NCBI GenBank assembly: GCA_030529655.1
Contig: JAUMWJ010000001.1
Span: 1,465 to 65,464 of the forward strand
Origin: Eubacteriales bacterium
GTDB taxonomy: Bacteria > Bacillota > Clostridia > Oscillospirales > Oscillospiraceae
DNA length: 64,000 nucleotides
Reading direction: 5' to 3'
Numbering within the stretch: position 1 is the stretch's first letter; the number at the start of each line of letters is the position of its first letter. This document shows, in pieces, positions 1 to 8,876 of the stretch. Below the pieces are notes generated by a model. It saw nothing but the letters and a program-made list of their open reading frames with translations, was not told the origin of the DNA and ran no database searches. Both the position numbers and the translations under genes were made by a program.

Positions 1-2
1 AC

Positions 3-890
3 GGTAACGCCAATGCTGAACCCGCCAAGAAGTATGTGGAAGCTCTGATGGCAAGCGTCGGTACCACCGATGAGGCCGTTGCCTTCTTTGAAAGCCCCAA
101 GGCCAAGGAGCTGTACGGCGACAAGCAGCCTGAGATGCTGGCCAAGGCCAAGGCCGATAAGGATGCCGGCGTGAAGTACTGCGGCTGCGAGGCCTGCCAG
201 CTCTGCCTGGAGATCCTCAGCAAGAAGGAATATCTGGCCAAGAAGTCCATGTGGATCTTCGGCGGCGACGGTTGGGCATACGATATCGGCTACGGCGGAC
301 TGGATCACGTTATCGCCTCCAAGCAGGACGTGAACATCTTCGTCTTCGACACCGAGGTCTATTCCAACACCGGCGGTCAGGCATCCAAGGCCTCCAACAT
401 CGGTCAGGTCTGCCAGTTCGCAGCAGCCGGTAAGGAAGTCAAGAAGAAGAGTCTGGCGGAGATCGCCATGCAGTACGGCTACGTGTACGTGGCTCAGGTG
501 GCTATGGGCGCCAATCCCGCTCAGACCATCAAGGCCATCACCGAGGCCGAGGCCTATCACGGTCCTTCCCTGATCATCGGTTACGCTCCCTGCGAGATGC
601 ACTCCATCAAGGGCGGCATGATGAACTGCCAGAAGGAAATGAAGAAGGCCGTGGATTGCGGTTACTGGAATCTGTTCCGTTACAATCCCGAGTCCGAGGA
701 TAAGAAGTTCACCCTGGATTCCAAGGCACCTGCCGGTGGCTATCAGGAGTTCCTGATGAACGAGGCTCGTTACTCCCGCCTGACCCGTGAGTTCCCCGAC
801 CGTGCCGGCGATCTGTTCGCCCGCAACGAGGTGGAAGCACAGAATCGCTATGAGCATCTGCTCAAGCTGATTGAGATGTACAACAAGTAA
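3..890 (+). CDS. nifJ: Pyruvate:ferredoxin/flavodoxin oxidoreductase (PFOR), C-terminal TPP-binding part; 5' end outside window
   Basis: Frame is open from base 3. GGDGWAYDIGYGGLDHV thiamine-PP motif. Strong codon bias. Confidence 0.9.
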   Translation, partial: GNANAEPAKKYVEALMASVGTTDEAVAFFESPKAKELYGDKQPEMLAKAKADKDAGVKYCGCEACQLCLEILSKKEYLAKKSMWIFGGDGWAYDIGYGGLDHVIASKQDVNIFVFDTEVYSNTGGQASKASNIGQVCQFAAAGKEVKKKSLAEIAMQYGYVYVAQVAMGANPAQTIKAITEAEAYHGPSLIIGYAPCEMHSIKGGMMNCQKEMKKAVDCGYWNLFRYNPESEDKKFTLDSKAPAGGYQEFLMNEARYSRLTREFPDRAGDLFARNEVEAQNRYEHLLKLIEMYNK

Positions 891-903
891 AGTGCTGTTC
901 ATA

Positions 904-940
904 AAAACAGGGCATCCGTTTTTTCGGATGCCCTGTTTTG
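904..940 (+). terminator. Intrinsic terminator after PFOR
   Basis: CAGGGCATCCG / CGGATGCCCTG stem with T6 loop, followed by TTTT. Confidence 0.85.
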
Positions 941-975
941 TATCCCTTAAAATTGCCAAAATCATGGCAGATCAG

Positions 976-1004
976 TTGACTTGCCGGGTAAAATTATATA
1001 GAAT
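976..1004 (+). promoter_or_regulatory. Sigma-A-type promoter for the murT-gatD-like pair
   Basis: TTGACT-17 nt-TAGAAT, about 30 nt upstream of an AAGAGGA RBS. Confidence 0.5.
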
Positions 1005-1034
1005 AAACCAAAACATCAAGTTGTAGAAAGAGGA

Positions 1035-2411
1035 ATGATGCCAATGAGAAGGATTCGGTTTTGCATTGCTCTGCTGGCAGCAAAATGCATCTATTTCGGT
1101 ATGCGTCTGCTGCGCCGTTCAGCGACCCATCTGCCCGGCTATTTTGCCGTGAAGATCTGTCCGGATTATCTGAAATATATAGATAAGGCAAAACAGGTGA
1201 TCTGCGTAAGCGGATCTGACGGCAAGACCACAACGGCGAACCTGATTGCCGACTTGCTGAAAAACAGCGGTTATCGGGTGGCAAGCAACCGTATCGGATC
1301 GAACACAGAGGCCGGCATTGCCGCCACCATGACGAATGTTGTCAGTTTGCTGAACCGCTGCCGTGTGGATGTGGTGGTGTTGGAGGTGGACGAGCATTAT
1401 ACACGCATCGTCTGCCCGAAGGTACGGGCGGATTATCTGCTGGTGACCAATCTGCTGCGTGACTCTCTGCAGCGTAACGCCCATCCGGAATATGTGTTCG
1501 GCAAGATCAATAGGACCGACGCACCGCATATGAAGGTGATTTTGAATGCGGACGAGCTGTGTTCGGCGTCGCTGCTGCCGGAAAATCCGCGGCTCTATTT
1601 CGGTATCGATCAACTGCCAACCGATTTGCCGCAATCGGAAAATCTGATCAACGACTGTCCTCTTTGCCCTCAATGCGATCACAAGCTGATAGGCGATTAT
1701 GTGCGTTATGCCCATGTGGGTCATGCCCACTGTGACCATTGCGGATACCGTTCGCCGTCTGCCGATTGGGCTGTGACGGAGATCGACTACGAAAAGGCGA
1801 TGCTTCAGGTCAGACACGGTGAGCAGCGTTTTGCGTTCCCTATGGTGAACGACACGCTATTCAATATTTATAATGAGATTGCCGCCATTGCGCTGCTGAT
1901 GGACATGGGTATGATGCCGGAGAAGCTGTCCGAGGCACTGTCAAACACGGCGCTGACCAAAACACGCTATGCCGAAAAAACCGTAAATGGCGTGAAAGTC
2001 ATCAACATGATGGCAAAATCCAACAACTCGCTGCCTGTTTCGCTGGTGTTTGACCACATTCGCAAGTATCCCGGCAAAAAGGCGGTGGTAATGGCGTTGG
2101 ACGATCTGGACGAAAAGCGTTCTTCGGAGCGAATCGGCTGGATCTACGATGCGGATTATGAATTTCTTGCCGGTGAGGACATCGGCCAGATCATTGTCAC
2201 CGGCGTGCGCTGCTATGACCATATGGTGCGCTTGCTGTTGGCAGGTGTCATGCCGGAGAAGCTGGTGTGCTGTCAGGACGAGCTTTCGGCACTGTCGCAG
2301 TTGAAAAAAGAGGATATTGACACCGTGTTTTTGCTGCATGATATGTCAAGCTACGCCCAGTCTGTTCAGGCAGAGCAGAAGATTTTGGAAGTGTTAGGTG
2401 ATGCCCGATGA
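1035..2411 (+). CDS. murT: Mur-ligase-family protein, MurT-like (lipid II isoglutaminyl synthase ligase subunit)
   Basis: GSDGKTTT P-loop. Cys-rich ribbon CPLCPQC...HCDHCGY. DUF1727-like C-terminus. ATGA stop/start overlap with the next gene. Confidence 0.75.
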   Translation: MMPMRRIRFCIALLAAKCIYFGMRLLRRSATHLPGYFAVKICPDYLKYIDKAKQVICVSGSDGKTTTANLIADLLKNSGYRVASNRIGSNTEAGIAATMTNVVSLLNRCRVDVVVLEVDEHYTRIVCPKVRADYLLVTNLLRDSLQRNAHPEYVFGKINRTDAPHMKVILNADELCSASLLPENPRLYFGIDQLPTDLPQSENLINDCPLCPQCDHKLIGDYVRYAHVGHAHCDHCGYRSPSADWAVTEIDYEKAMLQVRHGEQRFAFPMVNDTLFNIYNEIAAIALLMDMGMMPEKLSEALSNTALTKTRYAEKTVNGVKVINMMAKSNNSLPVSLVFDHIRKYPGKKAVVMALDDLDEKRSSERIGWIYDADYEFLAGEDIGQIIVTGVRCYDHMVRLLLAGVMPEKLVCCQDELSALSQLKKEDIDTVFLLHDMSSYAQSVQAEQKILEVLGDAR

Positions 2412-3121
2412 CCATTGAAATTTTATATCCGGAGCTGTGCAATCTGTACGGAGATCGGGGCAATATGCAATATCTGCGGCATTGCGTGGAAGCGGAGTTT
2501 ATCGAAACCGGACTGACGGACACTCCGTATTTTGCCACTCATAAGGTGGATATGGTGTACCTGGGCTCGATGACGGAAAAATCTCAGCAGCGGATCATCG
2601 ACCGTCTGCGCCCTTACACGGCACGGCTACAGGAAATGGTGGAACAGGATGTTGTGTTTTTGCTGACCGGCAATGCCATGGAGGTGTTTGGCCGGTGCAT
2701 CGAAACGGAGAGCGGCGACCAAATCGAGGCGCTGGGCCTTTTTGATGTCAGTGCCAAGCGCATCATCCCTCAGCGCGCCAACTCTTTGTTTGTGGGTACT
2801 TTTCAAGAGCAGCAAATTGTCGGTTATGTCAGTCGTTTCGGCCACCTGTCCGGCGTAACGGAGAAAAATCGGCTTTTCAAGGTGGAAAAAGGTCTGGGGA
2901 GCAGCCCCGATTGCCCATGGGAGGGTTTTCATACGCATCATGTGTTTGCCACCTACCTGCTGGGGCCGCTGCTGGTGCTGAATCCGGACTTCACGCGGTA
3001 TCTGCTGGGCTTGCTGGGCGTGAAAGAGGCGCAGATCGCATTTCCCGATGCGGTTGAGCGTGCCTATCGCCTGCGTTTGGAGGAATATCGCCGCAATATT
3101 GTGTTCGGCGAGCATAAATAA
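2408..3121 (+). CDS. gatD: GatD-like CobB/CobQ-type glutamine-amidotransferase-like subunit (catalytic Cys/His apparently absent)
   Basis: N-terminal ILYPELCNLYGDRGN signature of the GatD family. Coupled to the murT-like gene. See findings for the missing residues. Confidence 0.7.
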   Translation: MTIEILYPELCNLYGDRGNMQYLRHCVEAEFIETGLTDTPYFATHKVDMVYLGSMTEKSQQRIIDRLRPYTARLQEMVEQDVVFLLTGNAMEVFGRCIETESGDQIEALGLFDVSAKRIIPQRANSLFVGTFQEQQIVGYVSRFGHLSGVTEKNRLFKVEKGLGSSPDCPWEGFHTHHVFATYLLGPLLVLNPDFTRYLLGLLGVKEAQIAFPDAVERAYRLRLEEYRRNIVFGEHK

Positions 3122-3154
3122 AAGAAAGACAGCCACAAAGCTGTCTTTCTTTTT
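3121..3154. terminator. Bidirectional terminator between the gatD-like gene and mnmG
   Basis: AAAGAAAGACAGC / GCTGTCTTTCTTT 13-bp stem, with A-run on one side and T-run on the other. Confidence 0.85.
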
Positions 3155-3156
3155 GC

Positions 3157-5028
3157 TTATTTTGCTCTCTCCAGATAAATCATCAGCGCGGCGATATCAG
3201 CCGGAGATACGCCGGAGATCCGGCTGGCTTGTCCCAGATTCAGGGGACGAATGATTCCTAATTTTTCCCGTGCCTCCAGACGCAGACCCTGAATGTTGTC
3301 GTAGTCCATATCGGAAGGGAGGGTGTGCCTCTCCAGCTTCTCAAATTCTGCCACCTGTTTTTCCTGCCGGCGGATATACCCCTCATACTTGACGCTGATT
3401 TCCACCTGTTCACGCACTGCCTTGTCCAAATTCGGCGCAGAAGGGTCAAATATCAGCAAATCGTCGTATGTGATCTGGGGGCGGCGCAGCAGATCGATCA
3501 GACGGCAGCCGTCTGTGACGATCGCCGTACCGCGCCGGGTCAACAAAGAGTTCAGTTCCTCGGTAGGAGCAATGCCGGTATGCTCCAGGCGGCGAATCTC
3601 CGCTGCCACGGCATCATACTTCGCCTGCACCTTTGCAAGTCGCTCGTCTGACACCAATCCGATCCGATGACCGATGGAACAAAGGCGTGCATCGGCATTG
3701 TCCTGCCGCAGTACCAAACGGTACTCCGAACGGGAGGTCATGATACGGTATGGCTCGTTGGTGCCCTTGGTGACAAGATCATCCACCAGTGTGCCGATAT
3801 AGCTTTCGCTGCGCTTAAGGATCATCGGTTCCTCGCCCTTGTGCTTCAGCGCGGCGTTCACCCCTGCCACAAAGCCCTGCACGGCGGCCTCCTCATAGCC
3901 GGAAGAGCCGTTAAACTGTCCGGCGCCGTATAGTCCTTCAATGGCCTTGGTTTCCAGGGTGGGTTTCAAAGCCAACGGATCAATGCAGTCGTATTCAATG
4001 GCATAGGCAGGCCGCATCATCTCCGCGTGTTCCAGACCCGGTACGCTGTGGAGCATTCGAAGCTGTACCTCCTCCGGCATGGAGGAGGAAAAGCCCTGAA
4101 TATACATTTCCTCTGTATTAAGCCCCATGGGCTCGATAAACAGCTGATGGCGCTGCTTATCGGGGAAACGAACGATCTTCGTTTCGATAGAGGGACAGTA
4201 CCGGGGACCGATGCCCTCGATCACGCCGGAATAAATGGGACTGCGATCCAGATTATCCATAATGATCTGATGGGTTTCCGGTGTGGTATAAGTGAGATAG
4301 CATACCGCACGATTTTCCGGCGGCACCTCGGTTTCAAAGCTGAAAGGCAGCGGCTCGTCGTCGCCCGGCTGGACTTCCATCTTGGAAAAGTCAATACTCC
4401 GTGCGTTGACACGGGGCGGTGTACCGGTTTTGAAGCGGCGCAGCGGCAGACCCAATGCCAGCAGACTTTCCGTCAGTTGATTGGCGCCGTGCATACCGTC
4501 AGGGCCGGAATCTTCGATACAATCGCCGATGATCGTGCGGCCTTGCAGATAGGTGCCCGTGCAAATAATGGCGGCTTTTACATCGTATACGGCGCCGGTA
4601 CGCAGCACCACCTGCGATACATGACCGTTTTGGGCGCGCACCTCCACCACTTCCGCCTGACGCACAGTCAGATGGTCGGTGGTTTCCAGCGTGTGCTTCA
4701 TCACCTGCTGATAACGGCGTCGATCCGCCTGTGCGCGCAGTGACCACACCGCCGGGCCTTTGCCGCGGTTCAAAAGACGGTATTGGATACAGGCGCGGTC
4801 AGCCGCCTGTGCCATTTCGCCGCCCAAGGCATCCAGCTCGCGCACCAGATGCCCTTTTCCTGTGCCGCCGATGGCAGGATTGCAGGGCATATTGCCCACC
4901 GCATCCAGATTGATGGTGAAGCATATCGTGTCAACACCCAAACGGGCAGCGGCCAGTGCCGCCTCGATACCGGCGTGTCCGGCACCGATCACGGCAATAT
5001 CAAATTGTCCGGCATAAAACTCGTTCAT
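3157..5028 (-). CDS. mnmG: tRNA uridine 5-carboxymethylaminomethyl modification enzyme MnmG (GidA)
   Basis: 623 aa. N-terminal FAD fold [22 protein letters not shown]. Recognisable as GidA along its full length. Confidence 0.95.
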   Translation of the reverse strand: MNEFYAGQFDIAVIGAGHAGIEAALAAARLGVDTICFTINLDAVGNMPCNPAIGGTGKGHLVRELDALGGEMAQAADRACIQYRLLNRGKGPAVWSLRAQADRRRYQQVMKHTLETTDHLTVRQAEVVEVRAQNGHVSQVVLRTGAVYDVKAAIICTGTYLQGRTIIGDCIEDSGPDGMHGANQLTESLLALGLPLRRFKTGTPPRVNARSIDFSKMEVQPGDDEPLPFSFETEVPPENRAVCYLTYTTPETHQIIMDNLDRSPIYSGVIEGIGPRYCPSIETKIVRFPDKQRHQLFIEPMGLNTEEMYIQGFSSSMPEEVQLRMLHSVPGLEHAEMMRPAYAIEYDCIDPLALKPTLETKAIEGLYGAGQFNGSSGYEEAAVQGFVAGVNAALKHKGEEPMILKRSESYIGTLVDDLVTKGTNEPYRIMTSRSEYRLVLRQDNADARLCSIGHRIGLVSDERLAKVQAKYDAVAAEIRRLEHTGIAPTEELNSLLTRRGTAIVTDGCRLIDLLRRPQITYDDLLIFDPSAPNLDKAVREQVEISVKYEGYIRRQEKQVAEFEKLERHTLPSDMDYDNIQGLRLEAREKLGIIRPLNLGQASRISGVSPADIAALMIYLERAK

Positions 5029-5063
5029 GTAGTTGCCTCTATCTATACATTATTATACAGGGT

Positions 5064-5092
5064 ATTATATCGACTGCACGGCAAAAACGCAA
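5064..5092 (-). promoter_or_regulatory. Candidate mnmG promoter
   Basis: On the minus strand: TTGCGT-17 nt-TATAAT. Confidence 0.5.
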
Positions 5093-5280
5093 GGAGAAAG
5101 TGGATGCGACATGACAGGAGTTTCCCCGTCAAAAGCGGAAATATATGGCGCAACGGAAGATATTTTTCGCAAAAAAGACAGCCGCCGCACAAGAAAAACA
5201 GAAAAATAAAAAAATTTTTCGTGAAAAGAACGAAAGAATCGCCCTTTTTTTGCCAAAAAGGCAAAAAAGTTGTTAGCGGC

Positions 5281-5309
5281 TTGACAATTCAGGCATCCAA
5301 GAGTACAAT
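5281..5309 (+). promoter_or_regulatory. Candidate nhaC promoter
   Basis: TTGACA-17 nt-TACAAT, with A-tracts (UP-like) just upstream. GAGGAGG RBS at 5325-5331. Confidence 0.6.
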
Positions 5310-5342
5310 GATAGAACCAATTATGAGGAGGTAAATCAAATC

Positions 5343-7061
5343 ATGGAAAAAAAGAGCACCAAGATTGCGTATCTGGTAGCATGTGCCCTCGTGGTCGTAC
5401 TGCTGGTCGTACTTGGCATCACCTTCAAGGGCGCAGAACTGCCCGTATTTACTGATGGTGAAGAAATTATTGAAGCAACTACCCCGTTTGCAGGTACCTT
5501 CTGGTCCCTGCTGCCCCCCATCGTGGCAATCGTGCTGGCTCTGATCAGCAAGGAAGTGTATTCTTCCCTGTTCTTCGGCTGCTTGGTTGGCGCTCTGCTG
5601 TACACTCAGTTTGCTCCCTGGGATACCATCACTGCTGTGATCGGCGCTGATTACGGTATCATCTCCGTGCTGGCTGACTCTTACAACATGGGTATCATCG
5701 CCTTCCTGGTTATGCTGGGCATCATGGTTGACCTGATGAACAAGGGCGGCGGCTCCGAGGCCTTTGGCCGCTGGGCTACCAAGTCCGTCAAGTCCCGTGC
5801 CGGCGCACAGCTGCTGACCATGCTGCTGGGCGTGCTGATCTTCGTTGACGACTACTTTAACTGCCTGACCGTCGGTGCTGTGATGCGTCCCGTCACCGAG
5901 AGCCATCATATCTCCCGCGCAAAGCTGGCCTACGTCATCGACGCTACCGCCGCTCCCGTCTGCATGATCGCTCCCGTGTCCTCTTGGGCAGCTGCTGTTT
6001 CCGGTTATGTCAATTCTGACTCCGTCAACGGTTTCGAGATGTTCATCAAGCAGATCCCCTTCAACTACTACTGCCTGCTGACCCTGGTCATGATCATCAC
6101 CATTTCCCTGCTGAACATCGACTACGGTCCCATGCTGAAGCATGAGTACAATGCTCAGGTCAAGGGCGACCTGTTCACCACTCCCGAGCGTCCCTTCGCC
6201 GGCGCTGACGATTATGAGAAGCCCAGCAAGGGTAAGTCCTCCGTGCTGGATTTGCTGCTGCCCGTTATCGTTCTGATCGCTGCCTGCATCGTGGGTATGA
6301 TCTATTCCGGCGGCTTCTTTGAAGGCGCATCCTTCATCGATGCGTTCTCCGATGCTGACGCTGCTGTTGGTCTGTCCATCGGCTCCCTGATCGGCATGAT
6401 CTTCACCTTCGTTTACTTCTGGCTGCGCGGTGCGATCAGCTTCGAGAAGAGCTTTGAGTCTGTTCCCAACGGCTTCATCCAGATGGTTTCCCCCATCCTG
6501 ATCCTGACCCTGGCCTGGACCCTGTGCTCCTTCACTCGTTTCGCTCTGTACTCCAAGTTCTTTGTCGTTGACGCTCTGGCTGGCGCTGAAAGTCTGAAGC
6601 AGTTCCTGCCCGCTATCATCTTCGTGATCGGTGCAGCCATCGGCTTCGCTACCGGTACTTCCTGGGGCACCATCGGCATCATGGCTCCTATCGTTGTTTC
6701 CGTGTTCGATTACAATGTTGAGCCCACTCTGTGCGTGATCGGTCTGGCTGCTGCCTGCGCCGGCGGCGTTTGCGGCGACCACTGCTCCCCCATTTCCGAT
6801 ACCACCATCATGGCTTCTGCCGGTGCTCACTGCTACCACCTGAACCACGTGTTCACTCAGATCCCCTATGCAATTACCGTGGTCTGCGTGTCCTTCGTGA
6901 TGTTCATCCTGGCTGGCCTGATCCAGAACTGGATCATCTGCCTGGCTATCGGTGTTGTCCTGATGATCGCAGTCCTGCTGGTCATCAAGGCTATCGTTTC
7001 CAAGAAGCACGCTGGTATGTTCGCTGAAATGGCTGAAGCCAACAAGGAACTGGCCAAGTAA
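5343..7061 (+). CDS. nhaC: Na+/H+ antiporter, NhaC family
   Basis: 572-aa polytopic membrane protein with NhaC-like layout. Very strong codon bias. Confidence 0.8.
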   Translation: MEKKSTKIAYLVACALVVVLLVVLGITFKGAELPVFTDGEEIIEATTPFAGTFWSLLPPIVAIVLALISKEVYSSLFFGCLVGALLYTQFAPWDTITAVIGADYGIISVLADSYNMGIIAFLVMLGIMVDLMNKGGGSEAFGRWATKSVKSRAGAQLLTMLLGVLIFVDDYFNCLTVGAVMRPVTESHHISRAKLAYVIDATAAPVCMIAPVSSWAAAVSGYVNSDSVNGFEMFIKQIPFNYYCLLTLVMIITISLLNIDYGPMLKHEYNAQVKGDLFTTPERPFAGADDYEKPSKGKSSVLDLLLPVIVLIAACIVGMIYSGGFFEGASFIDAFSDADAAVGLSIGSLIGMIFTFVYFWLRGAISFEKSFESVPNGFIQMVSPILILTLAWTLCSFTRFALYSKFFVVDALAGAESLKQFLPAIIFVIGAAIGFATGTSWGTIGIMAPIVVSVFDYNVEPTLCVIGLAAACAGGVCGDHCSPISDTTIMASAGAHCYHLNHVFTQIPYAITVVCVSFVMFILAGLIQNWIICLAIGVVLMIAVLLVIKAIVSKKHAGMFAEMAEANKELAK

Positions 7062-7102
7062 GAATTGTACTTCTTGTACATAGCACACTTACCAAATAAG
7101 GA

Positions 7103-7137
7103 ACAAGGCTCCGATATGTGTCGGAGCCTTGTTTTTA
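7103..7137 (+). terminator. Intrinsic terminator after nhaC
   Basis: ACAAGGCTCCGA / TCGGAGCCTTGT stem followed by TTTTT. Confidence 0.85.
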
Positions 7138-7150
7138 TAGATTCGGATAA

Positions 7151-7185
7151 AAATAAAGAGATGCCATGCGGCATCTCTTTATTTA
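7151..7185 (-). terminator. Terminator after the small membrane-protein gene
   Basis: AAAGAGATGCC / GGCATCTCTTT stem with AT-rich flanks on both sides. Confidence 0.7.
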
Positions 7186-7195
7186 AATAACCATA

Positions 7196-7606
7196 TCAGA
7201 AATTATTTTCCACAAACTTATTAAACTTCTTTGTGTCCAAATCGTCTTTATAGCTATTGCGGAAGCGCTTGACAGTAAGACTGTTATATTGCAGGATCTG
7301 ACGATACTTCAGAAAACCGGCTACCAGCGGAACACCGCCGCACAGATAACCCATCGGAGCTGTGCGATAGCAGGCAACTGCTTCCGCGGCAAAGACGACA
7401 ACTGAAATGATCACACCTGCAATCTGTTTTTTCGGATGTAACTGTTTGACACGCTCCTCTTTAATGATGCCCTCTTTGATCATCATGTCGGCAAACCGTT
7501 TTTGCACACCGAACAGAGACGCCGCATTCAAAATACAGGGTGCTACCACAAAGAACGCGAACAGGGCAATCACCACATCAAAGAAGAACACAAGAAAACC
7601 ATCCAT
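7196..7606 (-). CDS. Hypothetical small membrane protein (about 3 TM)
   Basis: AGGAGGG RBS 7 nt upstream of the ATG. Hydrophobic segments. I do not recognise the family. Confidence 0.55.
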   Translation of the reverse strand: MDGFLVFFFDVVIALFAFFVVAPCILNAASLFGVQKRFADMMIKEGIIKEERVKQLHPKKQIAGVIISVVVFAAEAVACYRTAPMGYLCGGVPLVAGFLKYRQILQYNSLTVKRFRNSYKDDLDTKKFNKFVENNF

Positions 7607-7663
7607 AAAAGAACCCTCCTATATTGATTTGTCATAATATGTGCGTAAATAACTGCCGTGAAA

Positions 7664-8764
7664 TTATTGATCATCCACCACAATGATGTGCATATCGTTT
7701 CGCGCAATGGCATACATCATAGCGGAATAGATAACGGAAAACTCCAAAATATCGCCCACATGGACTTCCTGCTCACACTCTTCAATGTCAAGAATACAGT
7801 GATCGGATGAACCACCCAGCACCTCTGCACCGGCAAGACGCGGAATCAAGCGTGAAGCATCACCCACATCTGCATGACCGATACCCAGTAAGCACCGCTT
7901 ACGCATACCGCGATCCACATAGGTGGGTCGGCGACAGAAGGCGTCTATGACAATGGTGCCTACCGGATGAGATGGCTTGGTCTTGACCTCCAACACCTGT
8001 GCGCGAATGGTAAAGGCGTCCATACAGAGATATTTCATGTCATGGATGCCCCAGTCCACCTGCAGATCTTTGGCATTTAAGATACCCTCCCCGATACGCA
8101 GATGATTGATCCCGTCCGGCATCGTATCCCAATGCACCAGCGTGTAGGAGCTGGTGGCTCCGCCGGAGATTACCTCCAGCTTGCGGCCGATTTTGCTCTC
8201 AATCTCGCGGGCAATGGCGACCAGATCCTCCATCTTATCCGGCATGGGTTGAATGGAGCCATAGCAGCCGAGGTTTACACCAATGCCGGCCAGATGCACA
8301 TGGGGCAGATCCTGCTCCACATGAACGCAGGCGCGCACCATTTCCTGCTTGTCCCAGAAACCCTCGCGCAGATCGCCCAGATCGGCCATCACAATGACGC
8401 GGTGTGTCTTGCCCAATTTTTGGCAGGCTTCCTCCGTGGCATCCAGTACGGCGACCTCACTTTGCAAAGAGGTGTCGCACCAACGCACCACATCTTCCAG
8501 CTCTGAGAGCATGGGAACGCGCAGCAGCAGATACGGACCGGGCACCCCTGCCTCGCGGCAGCGAATGACCTGTTCAATGCGGCTGGTGCCTAATTCCGTC
8601 GCACCGCCATCGAGAAATGCGCGGGCCACATCGGGATGTCCGTTTGCGCCTTTGATGACGCCGCAAACTGTGATACCGTACTTTTGGCAGCGCTGTACCA
8701 CCTCATGTGTGTTCCGACGCAGCTTCGGCAGATTGATTTCCAACTGTGGGTATTGACGATCCAT
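7664..8764 (-). CDS. Alanine/ornithine racemase-family PLP enzyme (YhfX/Orr-like)
   Basis: N-terminus LEINLPKLRRNTHEVV...GVIKGANG (PLP-Lys context) resembles ornithine-racemase/YhfX-type TIM-barrel racemases. Confidence 0.7.
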   Translation of the reverse strand: MDRQYPQLEINLPKLRRNTHEVVQRCQKYGITVCGVIKGANGHPDVARAFLDGGATELGTSRIEQVIRCREAGVPGPYLLLRVPMLSELEDVVRWCDTSLQSEVAVLDATEEACQKLGKTHRVIVMADLGDLREGFWDKQEMVRACVHVEQDLPHVHLAGIGVNLGCYGSIQPMPDKMEDLVAIAREIESKIGRKLEVISGGATSSYTLVHWDTMPDGINHLRIGEGILNAKDLQVDWGIHDMKYLCMDAFTIRAQVLEVKTKPSHPVGTIVIDAFCRRPTYVDRGMRKRCLLGIGHADVGDASRLIPRLAGAEVLGGSSDHCILDIEECEQEVHVGDILEFSVIYSAMMYAIARNDMHIIVVDDQ

Positions 8765-8876
8765 AAGACAATTCCTCGATCACAAGAAAATGGGATATGA
8801 TAAACCCAGTACTATCTTATTAAGTATAGCATAATTTCTGCGGCAATGCTATATATATTTTCCTTTTACGACATAT

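Noticed and set aside
5029-5342. Possibility that the mnmG upstream region is near oriC, since mnmG often sits in the origin-proximal mnmE-mnmG-rsmG-parAB cluster.
   Set aside because: No mnmE, rsmG, parAB or dnaA genes are present. I saw no cluster of TTATCCACA-like DnaA boxes, only A-tracts and two divergent promoters.
5289-7088. A 599-aa antisense ORF covering nhaC. Similar giant antisense ORFs lie over rnfC/D (47154..49310), rnfE/A/B (50340..52520) and dnaK (55148..56923).
   Set aside because: - Each is codon-aligned with the sense gene, so its stops would correspond to sense TTA, CTA or TCA codons.
- Their absence reflects extreme codon bias of highly expressed genes.
- The translations are low-complexity (G/D/H/Q/A-rich), have no RBS, and the sense genes are unambiguous.
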